A stretch of 64,000 bases of DNA, from NCBI GenBank assembly GCA_020891255.1, contig BQFW01000011.1, positions 1,302,001-1,366,000 on the forward strand, written 5' to 3'. Positions within the stretch are counted from its first letter, which is position 1. Every line of letters begins with the position of its first letter. Below the pieces are notes generated by a model. The model worked only from the letters and a program-made list of their open reading frames with translations, was not told the DNA's origin and did no database searches. Shown piece after piece: positions 41,301-53,002 of this stretch. This stretch comes from Entomortierella parvispora E1425. Its lineage: Eukaryota; Fungi; Mortierellomycota. A program made the position numbers and the translations under genes.

Positions 41301-44300
41301 AAAGGAGAAATGATGGACCTGAAGCATACTATCAACACCATGGTGGACCAACTCCAGGAATTCGCCACTGAAGTATCCCGTGTGAGTTTGGAAGTCGGTA
41401 CTGAAGGAAAACTGGGCGGTCAAGCCGTGGTCAAGGATGTCAGTGGAACCTGGAAAGAGTTGACCGACAATGTCAACACGATGGCCTCCAATTTGACGAC
41501 CCAGGTACGATCCATTGCTGAAGTCACAACGGCTGTTGCCTGCGGTGACCTCAGTAAGACGATTGATGTCCAAGCTCAGGGAGAAATCTCTGAACTGAAG
41601 CTCACCGTCAACTCCATGGTGGAACAACTTCGAACATTCGCTGCCGAAGTCACTCGTGTCGCCCGCGAGGTCGGTACAGAAGGAAAGTTGGGTGGACAAG
41701 CTCATGTCAAGGATGTGGATGGTGTCTGGAAGGAACTTACCGGAAACGTGAACACCATGGCTGCCAACCTGACAACTCAGGTGCGATCCATTGCTGAGGT
41801 CACTACCGCCGTCGCCTGCGGTGACCTTAGTAAGACGATTGACGTTCAAGCCCAAGGAGAGATCTCAGAACTCAAATTGACTGTCAATTCCATGGTGGAG
41901 CAACTTCGAACATTCGCTGCCGAGGTTACCCGTGTCGCCCGCGAGGTCGGTACAGAAGGAAAGTTGGGTGGACAGGCTCATGTCAAGGATGTCGATGGTG
42001 TCTGGAAAGAACTTACAGGAAATGTCAACACCATGGCTGCCAACTTGACAACGCAGGTGCGATCCATTGCTGAAGTCACCACCGCCGTCGCCTGCGGTGA
42101 CCTTAGTAAGACGATTGACGTCCAAGCCCAAGGAGAAATCTCAGAACTCAAGTTGACCGTCAATTCCATGGTGGAGCAGCTCAGGACATTCGCCGCCGAG
42201 GTCACACGTGTTGCCCGCGAGGTCGGTACCGAGGGTAAACTTGGTGGTCAGGCTCAAGTTAAGGGTGTCGACGGAGTGTGGAAGGAGCTCACAGGAAACG
42301 TCAACACCATGGCTGCCAATCTAACAACCCAGGTGCGATCTATTGCTGAAGTCACAACTGCCGTCGCGTGCGGTGATTTGAGTAAGACCATTGACGTCCA
42401 AGCCCAAGGAGAGATCTCGGAGCTCAAGCTCACTGTAAACTCGATGGTGGAGCAGCTCAGGACGTTCGCCGCAGAGGTCACTCGTGTCGCTCGTGAGGTC
42501 GGAACCGAAGGTCGTCTCGGAGGACAGGCCGAAGTCAAGGGTGTCGATGGTACCTGGAAAGAGTTGACGGATAATGTCAACACCATGGCTGCCAACCTCA
42601 CCGCCCAGGTGCGAGATATCGCCAGTGTCAGTAAGGCTGTCGCCAAGGGAGACCTGAGTAAGAAGATTTCCGTTGAGGTCAAGGGTGAGATGATGGACCT
42701 CAAGCACACGATCAACATCATGGTGGACCAGCTTCAAGAGTTTGCCACTGAGGTCACACGTGTGAGTTTGGAAGTCGGAACCGAGGGTAAACTTGGCGGT
42801 CAAGCCGATGTCAAGGATGTTAGCGGAACATGGAAAGAGCTCACAGACAATGTCAACACAATGGCCGCTAATCTCACCACCCAAGTGCGATCCATCGCCG
42901 AGGTGACAACAGCTGTCGCTTGTGGTGATTTGAGTAAAACTATTGACGTCCAAGCTCAAGGAGAGATCTCGGAGCTCAAGCTCACTGTAAACTCGATGGT
43001 GGAGCAGCTCAGGACGTTCGCTGCTGAGGTCACACGTGTCGCTCGTGAGGTCGGTACCGAGGGTAAACTTGGAGGTCAAGCCGAGGTCGAGGATGTCGGA
43101 GGCACGTGGAAGGAACTCACGGAGAATGTCAACACCATGGCCTCCAATTTGACAACCCAAGTGCGAGATATCGCTGACGTCTCTAAAGCCGTCGCCAAGG
43201 GAGACTTGACCAAGAAGATCACAGTCAATGTCAAGGGCGAGATCTTGGACTTGAAGAACACAATCAACTCCATGGTGGACCAGCTTTCAACCTTTGCCGC
43301 CGAGGTCACCCGTGTCGCCCGTGAGGTCGGAACGGAAGGAAAGCTCGGTGGTCAAGCTGAGGTCGAAGACATCGGAGGTACCTGGAAGGAGCTTACAGAA
43401 AATGTCAATACCATGGCGTCCAACTTGACGACGCAGGTGCGTGATATCGCAGATGTTTCCAAGGCTGTGGCTAGAGGAGACTTGACGCAAAAGATTTCAG
43501 TCGACGCCAAGGGAGAGATTCTTGATCTGAAGAACACGATCAATATCATGGTAAGGATACAATGCTGTCAACTATGACACCTTTCGTACATGCATGTGTC
43601 CATGATTGTAATCCGCAATTGCTAACGATTTCAGCTCTTTTTTTTCAAATAACATTCTTAGGTTGATCAACTTTCCACTTTCTCTGCCGAAGTAACTCGT
43701 GTCGCCCGTGAGGTCGGTACTGAGGGTAAACTCGGTGGTCAAGCTGAAGTCGAAGATGTCGGAGGTACTTGGAAGGAACTCACGGACAATGTCAACACCA
43801 TGGCATCCAACTTGACGACGCAGGTGCGTGATATTGCCGATGTGTCCAAGGCCGTCGCCAAAGGAGACTTGACCAAGAAGATTACAGTCAACGTCAAGGG
43901 TGAGATGATGGATCTCAAACATACCATCAACACCATGGTGGACCAACTTCAAGAGTTTGCAACAGAGGTGTCTCGTGTCAGTTTGGAAGTCGGAACTGAG
44001 GGCAAGTTGGGCGGTCAAGCCAATGTTCGGAACGTTGACGGTGTCTGGAAAGAACTGACAGGAAACGTCAACACCATGGCCGCCAACTTGACGACTCAGG
44101 TGCGATCCATTGCTGAGGTTACGACTGCTGTTGCGTGTGGTGATCTTAGTAAGACCATTGATGTTCAAGCCCAGGGAGAGATTTCGGAGCTCAAGCTCAC
44201 TGTCAACTCGATGGTGGAGCAGCTACGAACTTTTGCCGCTGAGGTGACACGTGTTGCCCGTGAAGTCGGAACTGAGGGTAAACTTGGTGGTCAGGCCCAT

Positions 44301-47300
44301 GTTAAGGATGTGGACGGTGTCTGGAAAGAACTCACCGGAAACGTCAACACCATGGCCGCCAACTTGACGACTCAGGTGCGATCCATTGCTGAGGTTACGA
44401 CTGCTGTTGCGTGTGGTGATCTTAGTAAGACCATTGATGTCCAAGCCCAGGGAGAGATTTCGGAGCTCAAGCTCACTGTTAACTCGATGGTGGAGCAGCT
44501 ACGAACTTTTGCCGCTGAGGTGACACGTGTCGCGCGTGAGGTCGGCACGGAAGGAAAGCTCGGCGGACAGGCTCATGTCAAGGGCGTCGATGGAACTTGG
44601 AAGGAGCTCACGGATAACGTCAACACTATGGCCGAGAATCTAACGGCGCAAGTGCGAGACATTGCCAGCGTCAGTAAAGCTGTCGCCAAGGGCGATCTCA
44701 GCAAAAAGATTTCCGTCGAGGTCAAGGGTGAGATGATGGATCTTAAGCACACGATCAACACCATGGTGGACCAGCTTCAGGAATTTGCCACTGAGGTATC
44801 CCGTGTCAGTTTGGAAGTCGGCACGGAAGGAAAACTTGGTGGACAAGCCGTTGTCAAGGATGTCAGCGGCACCTGGAAGGAGTTGACCGACAATGTCAAC
44901 ACCATGGCCTCCAATTTGACGACCCAGGTGCGATCCATTGCTGAAGTCACAACTGCTGTCGCTTGTGGTGACCTTAGTAAGACCATTGACGTCCAGGCTC
45001 AGGGAGAGATTTCAGAGCTCAAGTTGACAGTCAATTCCATGGTGGAACAACTTCGTACATTTGCGGCCGAGGTCACTCGTGTTGCCCGTGAAGTAGGAAC
45101 AGAGGGTCGACTGGGTGGACAGGCCGAGGTCAAGGGTGTCGATGGTACTTGGAAAGAATTGACCGACAATGTCAACACCATGGCTGCCAACCTCACCGCC
45201 CAGGTGCGAGATATCGCCAGTGTCAGTAAGGCTGTCGCCAAGGGAGACCTAAGTAAGAAGATTTCCGTCGAGGTCAAGGGTGAGATGATGGACCTCAAGC
45301 ATACGATCAATACCATGGTGGACCAGCTCCAGGAATTCGCCACTGAGGTTTCCCGTGTCAGTTTGGAAGTCGGCACAGAAGGAAAACTTGGTGGACAAGC
45401 TGTGGTCAAGGATGTCAGCGGAACCTGGAAGGAATTGACTGACAACGTCAACACCATGGCCTCCAACTTGACAACTCAAGTGCGATCCATCGCCGAGGTG
45501 ACAACAGCTGTCGCTTGTGGCGACCTTAGTAAAACCATCGATGTCCAGGCTCAGGGAGAGATCTCAGAGTTGAAGCTCACTGTCAATTCCATGGTGGAGC
45601 AGCTCAGGACGTTCGCCGCTGAGGTCACACGTGTCGCTCGTGAAGTCGGTACCGAGGGTAAACTTGGTGGTCAGGCTCAGGTCAAGGGTGTTGATGGAGT
45701 GTGGAAGGAACTTACCGGAAACGTCAACACCATGGCTGCCAACCTAACGACCCAGGTGCGATCCATCGCCGAAGTTACTACAGCTGTGGCCTGCGGAGAT
45801 CTTAGCAAGACCATTGATGTTCTGGCTCAAGGTGAAATTTCAGAGCTCAAGCTGACGGTCAATTCCATGGTGGAGCAACTTCGAACCTTTGCCGCTGAGG
45901 TCACCCGTGTTGCCCGTGAAGTAGGAACCGAAGGTCGTCTCGGAGGACAGGCCGAGGTCAAGGGTGTCGATGGTACCTGGAAAGAGTTGACGGATAATGT
46001 CAACACCATGGCTGCCAACCTCACCGCCCAGGTGCGAGATATCGCCAGTGTCAGTAAGGCCGTCGCCAAGGGAGACCTGAGTAAGAAGATTTCCGTCGAG
46101 GTCAAGGGTGAGATGATGGACCTCAAGCACACGATCAACATCATGGTGGACCAGCTTCAAGAGTTTGCCACTGAGGTCACACGTGTGAGTTTGGAAGTCG
46201 GAACCGAGGGCAAACTCGGAGGTCAAGCCGTGGTCAAGGATGTCAGTGGAACATGGAAGGAGCTTACCGACAATGTCAACACCATGGCGTCGAACTTGAC
46301 AACCCAAGTGCGATCTATTGCCGAAGTTACCACTGCTGTCGCTTGTGGCGATCTCAGTAAGACGATTGACGTCCAGGCTCAGGGAGAAATCTCGGAACTG
46401 AAGCTGACTGTCAACTCGATGGTGGAGCAACTTCGAACATTTGCCGCTGAGGTCACCCGTGTCGCTCGTGAGGTCGGTACTGAGGGCAAACTTGGAGGTC
46501 AAGCCGAGGTCGAGGATGTCGGAGGCACGTGGAAGGAACTCACGGAGAATGTCAACACCATGGCTGCTAATTTGACGACCCAGGTGCGAGATATTGCCGA
46601 TGTTTCTAAAGCCGTCGCCAAGGGAGACTTGACAAAGAAGATTACAGTCAACGTCAAGGGTGAGATCTTGGATTTGAAGAACACGATCAACTCCATGGTG
46701 GACCAGCTTTCGACCTTTGCCTATGAAGTCACCCGTGTGGCTCGAGAGGTCGGAACCGAAGGAAAACTTGGAGTGCAAGCCCAGGTCCGAGATGTCCGTG
46801 GAACTTGGAAGGAGATCACCTCCAACGTGAACACGATGGCGTCCAACTTGACTGCTCAGGTGCGTGCCTTTGCCTCAATCTCGACTGCGGCGACAGATGG
46901 TGACTTCACTCAGTTCATCACGGTCGAAGCCTCGGGTGAGATGGACTCTTTGAAGACCAAGATCAACCAGATGGTCTACAACCTGCGTGAAAGTATTCAA
47001 AAGAACACTGCTGCCCGTGAGGCAGCTGAATTGGCCAACCGATCCAAGTCCGAGTTCCTTGCAAACATGTCCCATGAGATCAGGTATGGCTTTTTTTTTT
47101 GTGTTTAATCCTTAACGTGTTCATTTCTTGCTACAGCTACTTATCGACTCTCATTTCTTTTGCAAACTCCCTTAGAACTCCTATGAACGGTATTATTGGA
47201 ATGACTAGTCTGACTCTGGAGACAGAGTTGACTCGACAGCAACGAGAGAACTTGGTGATTGTTAGTCACCTTGCTCACTCGCTTTTGACCATTATTGACG

Positions 47301-48953
47301 ATATCCTGGATATTTCGAAGAGTAAGGATCTTGGATGTGCAATTGAATAGAACTGTGCATGGAACATGGAACTAACGCATTGTTTTTGTCTTTGACTTTA
47401 GTCGAAGCCGGTAAAATGACTATCGAGCAAGCACCATTCTCGCTCCGGACGCAAGCGTTTGGTGTACTTAGGACGCTTGCTGTGAAGGCGCACCAAAAGA
47501 AACTGGATCTGATCTACAATGTCCACAACGAATTCCCAGATCAACTTGTCGGTGATCCTTTGCGTCTCCGTCAAGTCATCACCAATCTCATTGGAAATGC
47601 CATCAAGTTTACGACGGAGGGAAGTGTGGTCCTGGACTGTGTCTGCAAAAACAAGACTGATGTCGGAGTGGAGCTCCAGTTCTGTGTCTCGGACACGGGT
47701 ATTGGTATCCAGAGCGACAAGATTGAGGTGGTGTTTGATACCTTCTGTCAGGCCGATGGATCGACAACACGCAAGTACGGTGGTACCGGCTTGGGTCTCT
47801 CAATCTCAAAACGTCTTGTGACGTTGATGGGAGGCGATCTCTGGGTCAACAGTACGTTCGGCAAGGGCTCGCAGTTCTTCTTTACGGTACGCTTCAACAC
47901 CGGTACGATGTCAGTGGAGCAGATCAACTTGAAGACGAAGCCGTATGTTGGACGCCATATTCTTTACATGGGCACGATGAAGGACGAGGTCATCTCGAAC
48001 TCTGTGATGCGGACGCTCGAGAACTTGAAATTCAAGGCAACTCATGTCACGTCTCTGGAACAAGCTGGCGCTTTGATGCCCAACTCTGGCAGTCAGGAAA
48101 AGTCCATGTTTGATGTGGTGATTGTGGACAATGTCAAGGACATCCGCAAGATCAAGGAGATTGCCATGCTGCGCTTCCTGCCCATTGTGTTGTTGTCGAT
48201 GACGACACCCTATATCAGCATGAAGGTGTGCCAGGAGCTCGGAATCGCCAGTTACTTTAACCCACCGGTTCAATTACCCGACTTGATGAACGCACTGCTG
48301 CCGGCGTTTGAGTCTGCGTCGGCGCTTCCCTCGGATGCAGAGCATGCGATCCCATTGCACATTCTGTTGGCCGAGGACAATGTGGTGAACCAGAAGTTGG
48401 CAGTCAGGATTTTGGAGAAGTTTGGACACAAGGTGACGATTGTGTCGAACGGCAAGATGGCGGTCGAGTGCTATGATAGCAAGCATTTCGATCTGATCCT
48501 CATGGATGTGCAGATGCCAATCATGGGAGGATTCGAGGCGACGCAGGAGATCCGAAAGCTGGAGACCTTGAAGGGCAGGAACGACCACTTGCCCATCATT
48601 GCCTTGACTGCCCACGCCATGATTGGAGATAGAGAGAAGTGTCTAGCCGCTGGCATGGTACGTGGTTTTTTTATCTTGAATTTTGTCCCTTTTTTTTTTT
48701 TTTTTTTCCGTCTTTCTGATGCCACAATGTTCCTGACTTACTCATCTGGATATCATTTCTTCATTGTTCATAGGACGAGTACATCACGAAGCCGCTGCGC
48801 GTCAACGAGTTGATTGCGACGATCAACAAGTTCCCGCCCAAGAACTGTCCTGATCTGGCCCAGCATGATCCTTACTATGAATACCCCAACATGCGGTCCA
48901 GTTACAGTCCTCCCCAAGATACCAAGTCCAATTTTTTGTTCAAGAAGTCTTAA
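38333..48953 (+). CDS. NIK1: Group III (Nik1/Os-1-type) cytosolic hybrid histidine kinase with ~26 tandem 92-aa HAMP repeats, ~3265 aa; join(38333..38917,39033..39654,39964..43550,43662..47083,47176..47321,47402..48657,48774..48953)
   Basis: Seven phase-consistent exons (9798 nt). 25 VGTEG(K/R)LG motifs plus [10 protein letters not shown]-box [11 protein letters not shown]|TPMNG, N-box [11 protein letters not shown]1 DTGIGI, G2 [10 protein letters not shown], a degenerate first receiver, and a canonical receiver ILLAEDN...LILMDVQMP...LTAH...M|DEYITKP. No TM segment seen. Confidence 0.95.
39360..46990 (+). repeat. Coding tandem array of 276-bp (92-aa) HAMP repeat units, interrupted by two introns
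   Basis: Exon 39964..43550 is 3587 nt, i.e. 13 x 276 minus 1. Units recur at a 276-bp period with mostly synonymous differences. Confidence 0.97.
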
Positions 48954-49396
48954 AAACGATATATCCCCATCGCAGCCAAGTGTAGAGTAGTTTTTTTTCT
49001 TTTTTATTTCACTTTTCTCCCGAGTCTTTCTTCTTCCTCATCATCCCGTCTTTTCTCTCTTTTTGTATCAGTATTTATTTCTTTTTTCTCGGTATAATTT
49101 CGTTCTCTTTTTTTCATTTCAATATCAATTTTTTTATCCGCACATCTTTGCTCTCTCTCCTGAGAGGCTCATGCTTTGTTCATTGAACCTGAATGTTGAC
49201 GTGTGTGTAGATTGACAGGTGAAATGCAGAAACGCGACTTTTTTCTTTTTTAATATCTGTTTTCGAGACAGGAAACTGGTGATCATGTCCAAGAGCGATC
49301 GAGCGGTTGGTCATGCCTCTAATTTACTGAGGGCAACAGTCCGGTTAACACGTTCGCGAAGTAGAGCCTGATATATGATATTGTCGTCCCCGAGTG

Positions 49397-50969
49397 ATGG
49401 TCACGCAAGGTGATCGTTCCCAACGGTCAAGGTCCACGCCGCTAGTGCCCTTTTTTTGATGATATAAAAGCAGCCTTCACTCCCACTTCTTTCTTCAACC
49501 CCAAAATAGATTTAGCGTCCTCAACTTCCATCGGCCAGCAGCCTGTAAATAGGCGACCCCACAAGGCGTCCGTACCCATCATAGATATTGGGAGCGGCCA
49601 CGATGGAGGTACATCTATTAAAATGTCGAAACGAGAACCTTCCCCTTCATGCTTTGAACAAGATTCAGCAGACAACTGTGAGACTTGTGGGAGGTCAACC
49701 ACCAAGGGATCATAAAAAATAATCAAACCTGATCATTGTTTTTGCCTTTTCCTTCTCTTCCCAGTAACAATCCAAAATGGATGCTCCGCCAACTTCGTGG
49801 AGGATGGGTCATCCTGGACTGCCACTGCTGCTGAAATACATAAAGTAAATGCTGGTCAGACGATCAACCTTTTCCTGGACCCTGGGAGTTTGAATAGGCG
49901 CATTCGATCTACCTCCAGGCAAGAAGGCGAGTTGCCTAGTAAAATGAAGTTTCCTCCAGAAGTTCACAGCTGCAAGCCCGCACTCCGAAATGGACAGCGA
50001 GCAAGGTATGAGATCTGTTGAGTCTTTTAGGAGGGAACGTCATATTCGGGCTATGTACAGTATACATGAACAACTGAACATGTGGTTGTGTCTGTATGGT
50101 CATTTGTTTTGGCTGTATTACTTGGAGAGCAGGCGGTACGCGGCATACCGTAAGTTGCAGTGTGTGTCATCAAGAATGCTTTGTGGATACACGTCAATAT
50201 CGCTTATACTAAGGTACTCAATTCTAACCTACGGTCATAGTGGCGAGCTTTCATCCCAAGCAGCAAAAGATGTCCGCTTGCACATTGAAGCCAAATATGG
50301 TGTTACAACAAAGAGCATACAAGGTCGAAAGGTGGACATCAGTGTCCGCGTGTTTGCGAATAACTCCTGGGATAACGAAATCTGTGTCTTTGAGTTCAAA
50401 AATGGCACCGCATCGGACCTCACTTGTGCAAAACAGCAGCGCAAATCAGTACGACTCAACACCGCTGTTCTACATGACTTGGAATATAAAGGAGTGGACA
50501 CGAGCACACACTTCCCCATTATCGCTGAAGGACGTGGCTTCTGCCTGAGCTTTTACACTTTAAAGAGGAATGGACATGTTATCACCGCTGGGAAATCCAC
50601 TTGCCGCTCGGTCTGGATCCCAACTAATATGGCAGAACTCATGGATTTTTTAAGATCTGATTCGATCCAGATTCTGTTGAAATTTGCAGTAAGTTCACAA
50701 GCCGAGAACTTATGGATGTTAAGAGAATGGCAGCTTCTGGCTTTGCATTAACTGACAATTCTTTTGTTCAGGATCACACATCACGATATGCAGTGCGAGT
50801 GCGACAAGCCCTTACCTTGATTCGTCGACCTCCTTTACCGTCTTCACCGCCACCCCGATTCCGGAACCCATTTGCAGCATTCACTCCACACAAACACAAC
50901 AAAAGGAAACATTCGGTAGAAACTGATGATGATCAGGAAACTGGAGAGTACCCAGATGCTGAGGAATGA
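49397..50969 (+). pseudogene. Degraded or frameshifted gene for a PD-(D/E)xK restriction-endonuclease-like protein; best exons 50241..50688 and 50772..50969
   Basis: GELSSQAAKD...IQGRKVDISVR...EICVFEFK...QQRKSVRLN resembles REase-fold motifs (D...ExK...Q). Branch CTAAC at 50224 plus TAG acceptor, and a clean intron at 50689..50771. The upstream frame from ATG 49397 is broken at the T7 run 49451-49457; middle exons do not join cleanly. Confidence 0.55.
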
Positions 50970-52430
50970 AGGCAAGGAGTGTTACACTTATACACATAAG
51001 CAAGTACCGTCGTGAGCGCACGGCCTTTATACGCAAACACTCTTACTTGACCGTTGAAGAACGCCATCTTTTGCCACCGTTACCACCTGCCCCGTGGCAC
51101 TGCCAATTGACGCTGTTTGTTGTATACTGAAGATAATTCCCACTAGCTAGCTCCTTACCTTACCTTGTGACTTGAATATAGGCCGAGCCGGAGTGGCTTT
51201 GCACGGTCTTGTCATCTAAATTTACTGTGCTGTTCTAATCATGCCTGCTTAACCACACAAATATACAACAATGGACTGAGTTCAGCCGCTTGCATCTTCA
51301 CTGAATACAGTAGTTGTCAAGCCGGTCATAGAATCTGAGTGAGACGGAAAGGTGTGTTTACTGTGAATTGCACCACAGCAATAGGTCAGGGGGGTTTATA
51401 CACTAGAAAGGAGAGGGGAGGGGGTTGAGTCAGAGAGGGTCCTGAAGAAGTAGTCCGTTATTCGAATGGGTACTCATCCTAAGTTGAACCTATGGGTTGG
51501 GTCCTAGATGGCGACGTAGGTCAAGAAGGAACTGATAGGTGTGATACATAACAATGGTAGGTAATATCCGAAGTCTAGACCCTGACTTGAGCAGCCAATG
51601 GGGTTGACTACGGATCCCAGGGACATGATTCTTGCAAGGAGGGGCTGGGTTCAGAGTTTCAAGACACCCACAGATCTGTACTCTTGTACAGAGAAGGGGT
51701 GACTGAGCAAGGAAGGGTTGGGTTCAGAGCTTCAGAGCATGCCTTGATTGGTTGGTGGCGTGTCTCGCATTGGTGGCGCATGATGCTACCTTTGCTCGGG
51801 TAAAGGTAAAAACCCTTCTCAAATGAAAGATATTCCTTTATGAAAAGCGGCCCGGGATCTATTTGGCAAGGCCATAGGCGAAGAGCTCGAGACTTTACTT
51901 TAGTGGACAGCATGTGGTTGCCAAGGGCAGACTATAGTGAATTGTTACTGTGTGCCACCTCTGATCTGCAAGCTCAGAGCCATCGCGCAATCTGGATAAC
52001 CCACACCCCTCCCCCTCGACTCCCATCCACTTTCCTGTCCGGGTCCATTTCTGTCGTGGTGTGGCTCAAGTATTGTCCACCATACAACGACATAAAAGGA
52101 GGGATAACGAGCAAAAGCTTATGAGAGAGTGGGGCATTCGGTGACTTCTGGGCGATGATGACTTGGACGAGAATTCAAGCTCTAATCTCTAGTTTCAAGT
52201 ACTGGTATTATTATAATTTTAGCTGGATTATGTTGACAATGGATTGTAACAGACCAGTTTTCGCACTTTTGTCAATGACTTTCCAGTTATGTGAAATATT
52301 TGGATGGGGAAACATGTGCAGAAGGTGAGGATCTGCTGAGAAGACAACGACTGTAAAAAAAAAAAACTGCGGGAGGACCATCGACTTTATAATCAATTTC
52401 AGAGAAATGGCTCACGAGAAACAGGGGTTC

Positions 52431-52770
52431 ATTGATCATTCTACAGGATCGCTGGTAACTTGTATTTCTTGGTACCCTTGCAAGAAAGACATCTTCTTTG
52501 TGGTCGCACTTGTATGAGTTTCGTCGATCAAATCAACGGGATCACTGGCAACTTGGTATTTCTTGGTACCTTTGAAGGAAAAAGGTTCTTCTTTTTGGTC
52601 GCGACTTCTTCTTTGCGGTCGCACCAAAATGGGTTTCTTCAGTCATTCTAGACAGTCATTGACAACTTGTATTTCCTGGTACTCTTGCAGGAAAGAAATC
52701 TTCTTTGTGATCACGATTTCTTTGTGGTCGAGCCTAAGAGGTTTTAAGTCGATCATTCTACAACTTGAAT
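52431..52770. repeat. Degenerate tandem repeat, 3 copies of a ~92-115 bp unit with core AACTTGTATTTCTTGGTACCCTTGCAAGAAAGACATCTTCTTTGTGGTCGC
   Basis: Core starts near 52458, 52550 and 52665; GATCATTCTACA recurs at 52434 and ~52750. Confidence 0.85.
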
Positions 52771-52928
52771 GTGCAGTGCAGCCCTCCCCTCTTGAACGAC
52801 ACTTTTCTGTCGTTTGGAACGAAGAACAAAAAGGCGGGCTCTCCATTTAGCCCCACTTTTTTTTTAAAAAAAAAAACGGGCGAGGTAAAAAGTGTCGACA
52901 TTTTTATGGTTGTTTCAAGGCAAGTCAA

Positions 52929-53002
52929 CGTACTCGCGACCACGTCTTCGCGTACCACATCTTCGCGTACCGTGAACTTTCTCAGAAGGTACCACGTCTT
53001 CG
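52929..53002. repeat. Short 15-bp direct repeats (GTACCAC(G/A)TCTTCGC), two near-tandem copies plus a third at 52989
   Basis: cgcgaccacgtcttcgcgtaccacatcttcgcgtaccg ... gtaccacgtcttcg read directly. Confidence 0.75.

Noticed and set aside
39873-46778. Many minus-strand ORFs over the kinase
   Set aside because: Antisense shadows of the repetitive, codon-biased HAMP exons.
47950-48300. Degenerate first receiver domain of the kinase as a novelty
   Set aside because: A degenerate receiver-like segment before the canonical receiver is a usual feature of group III kinases.
51006-51150. Helitron-like 3' end (short hairpin plus CTAG)
   Set aside because: The stem is only 4 bp and far from the CTAG, and no 5' TC end or helicase remnant was found.
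51400-52150. Possible non-LTR retrotransposon zinc-knuckle relic on the minus strand (ICGCLETLNP...C)
   Set aside because: Only a vague motif in stop-riddled frames, with no RT or endonuclease motifs visible; it would need tBLASTx support.
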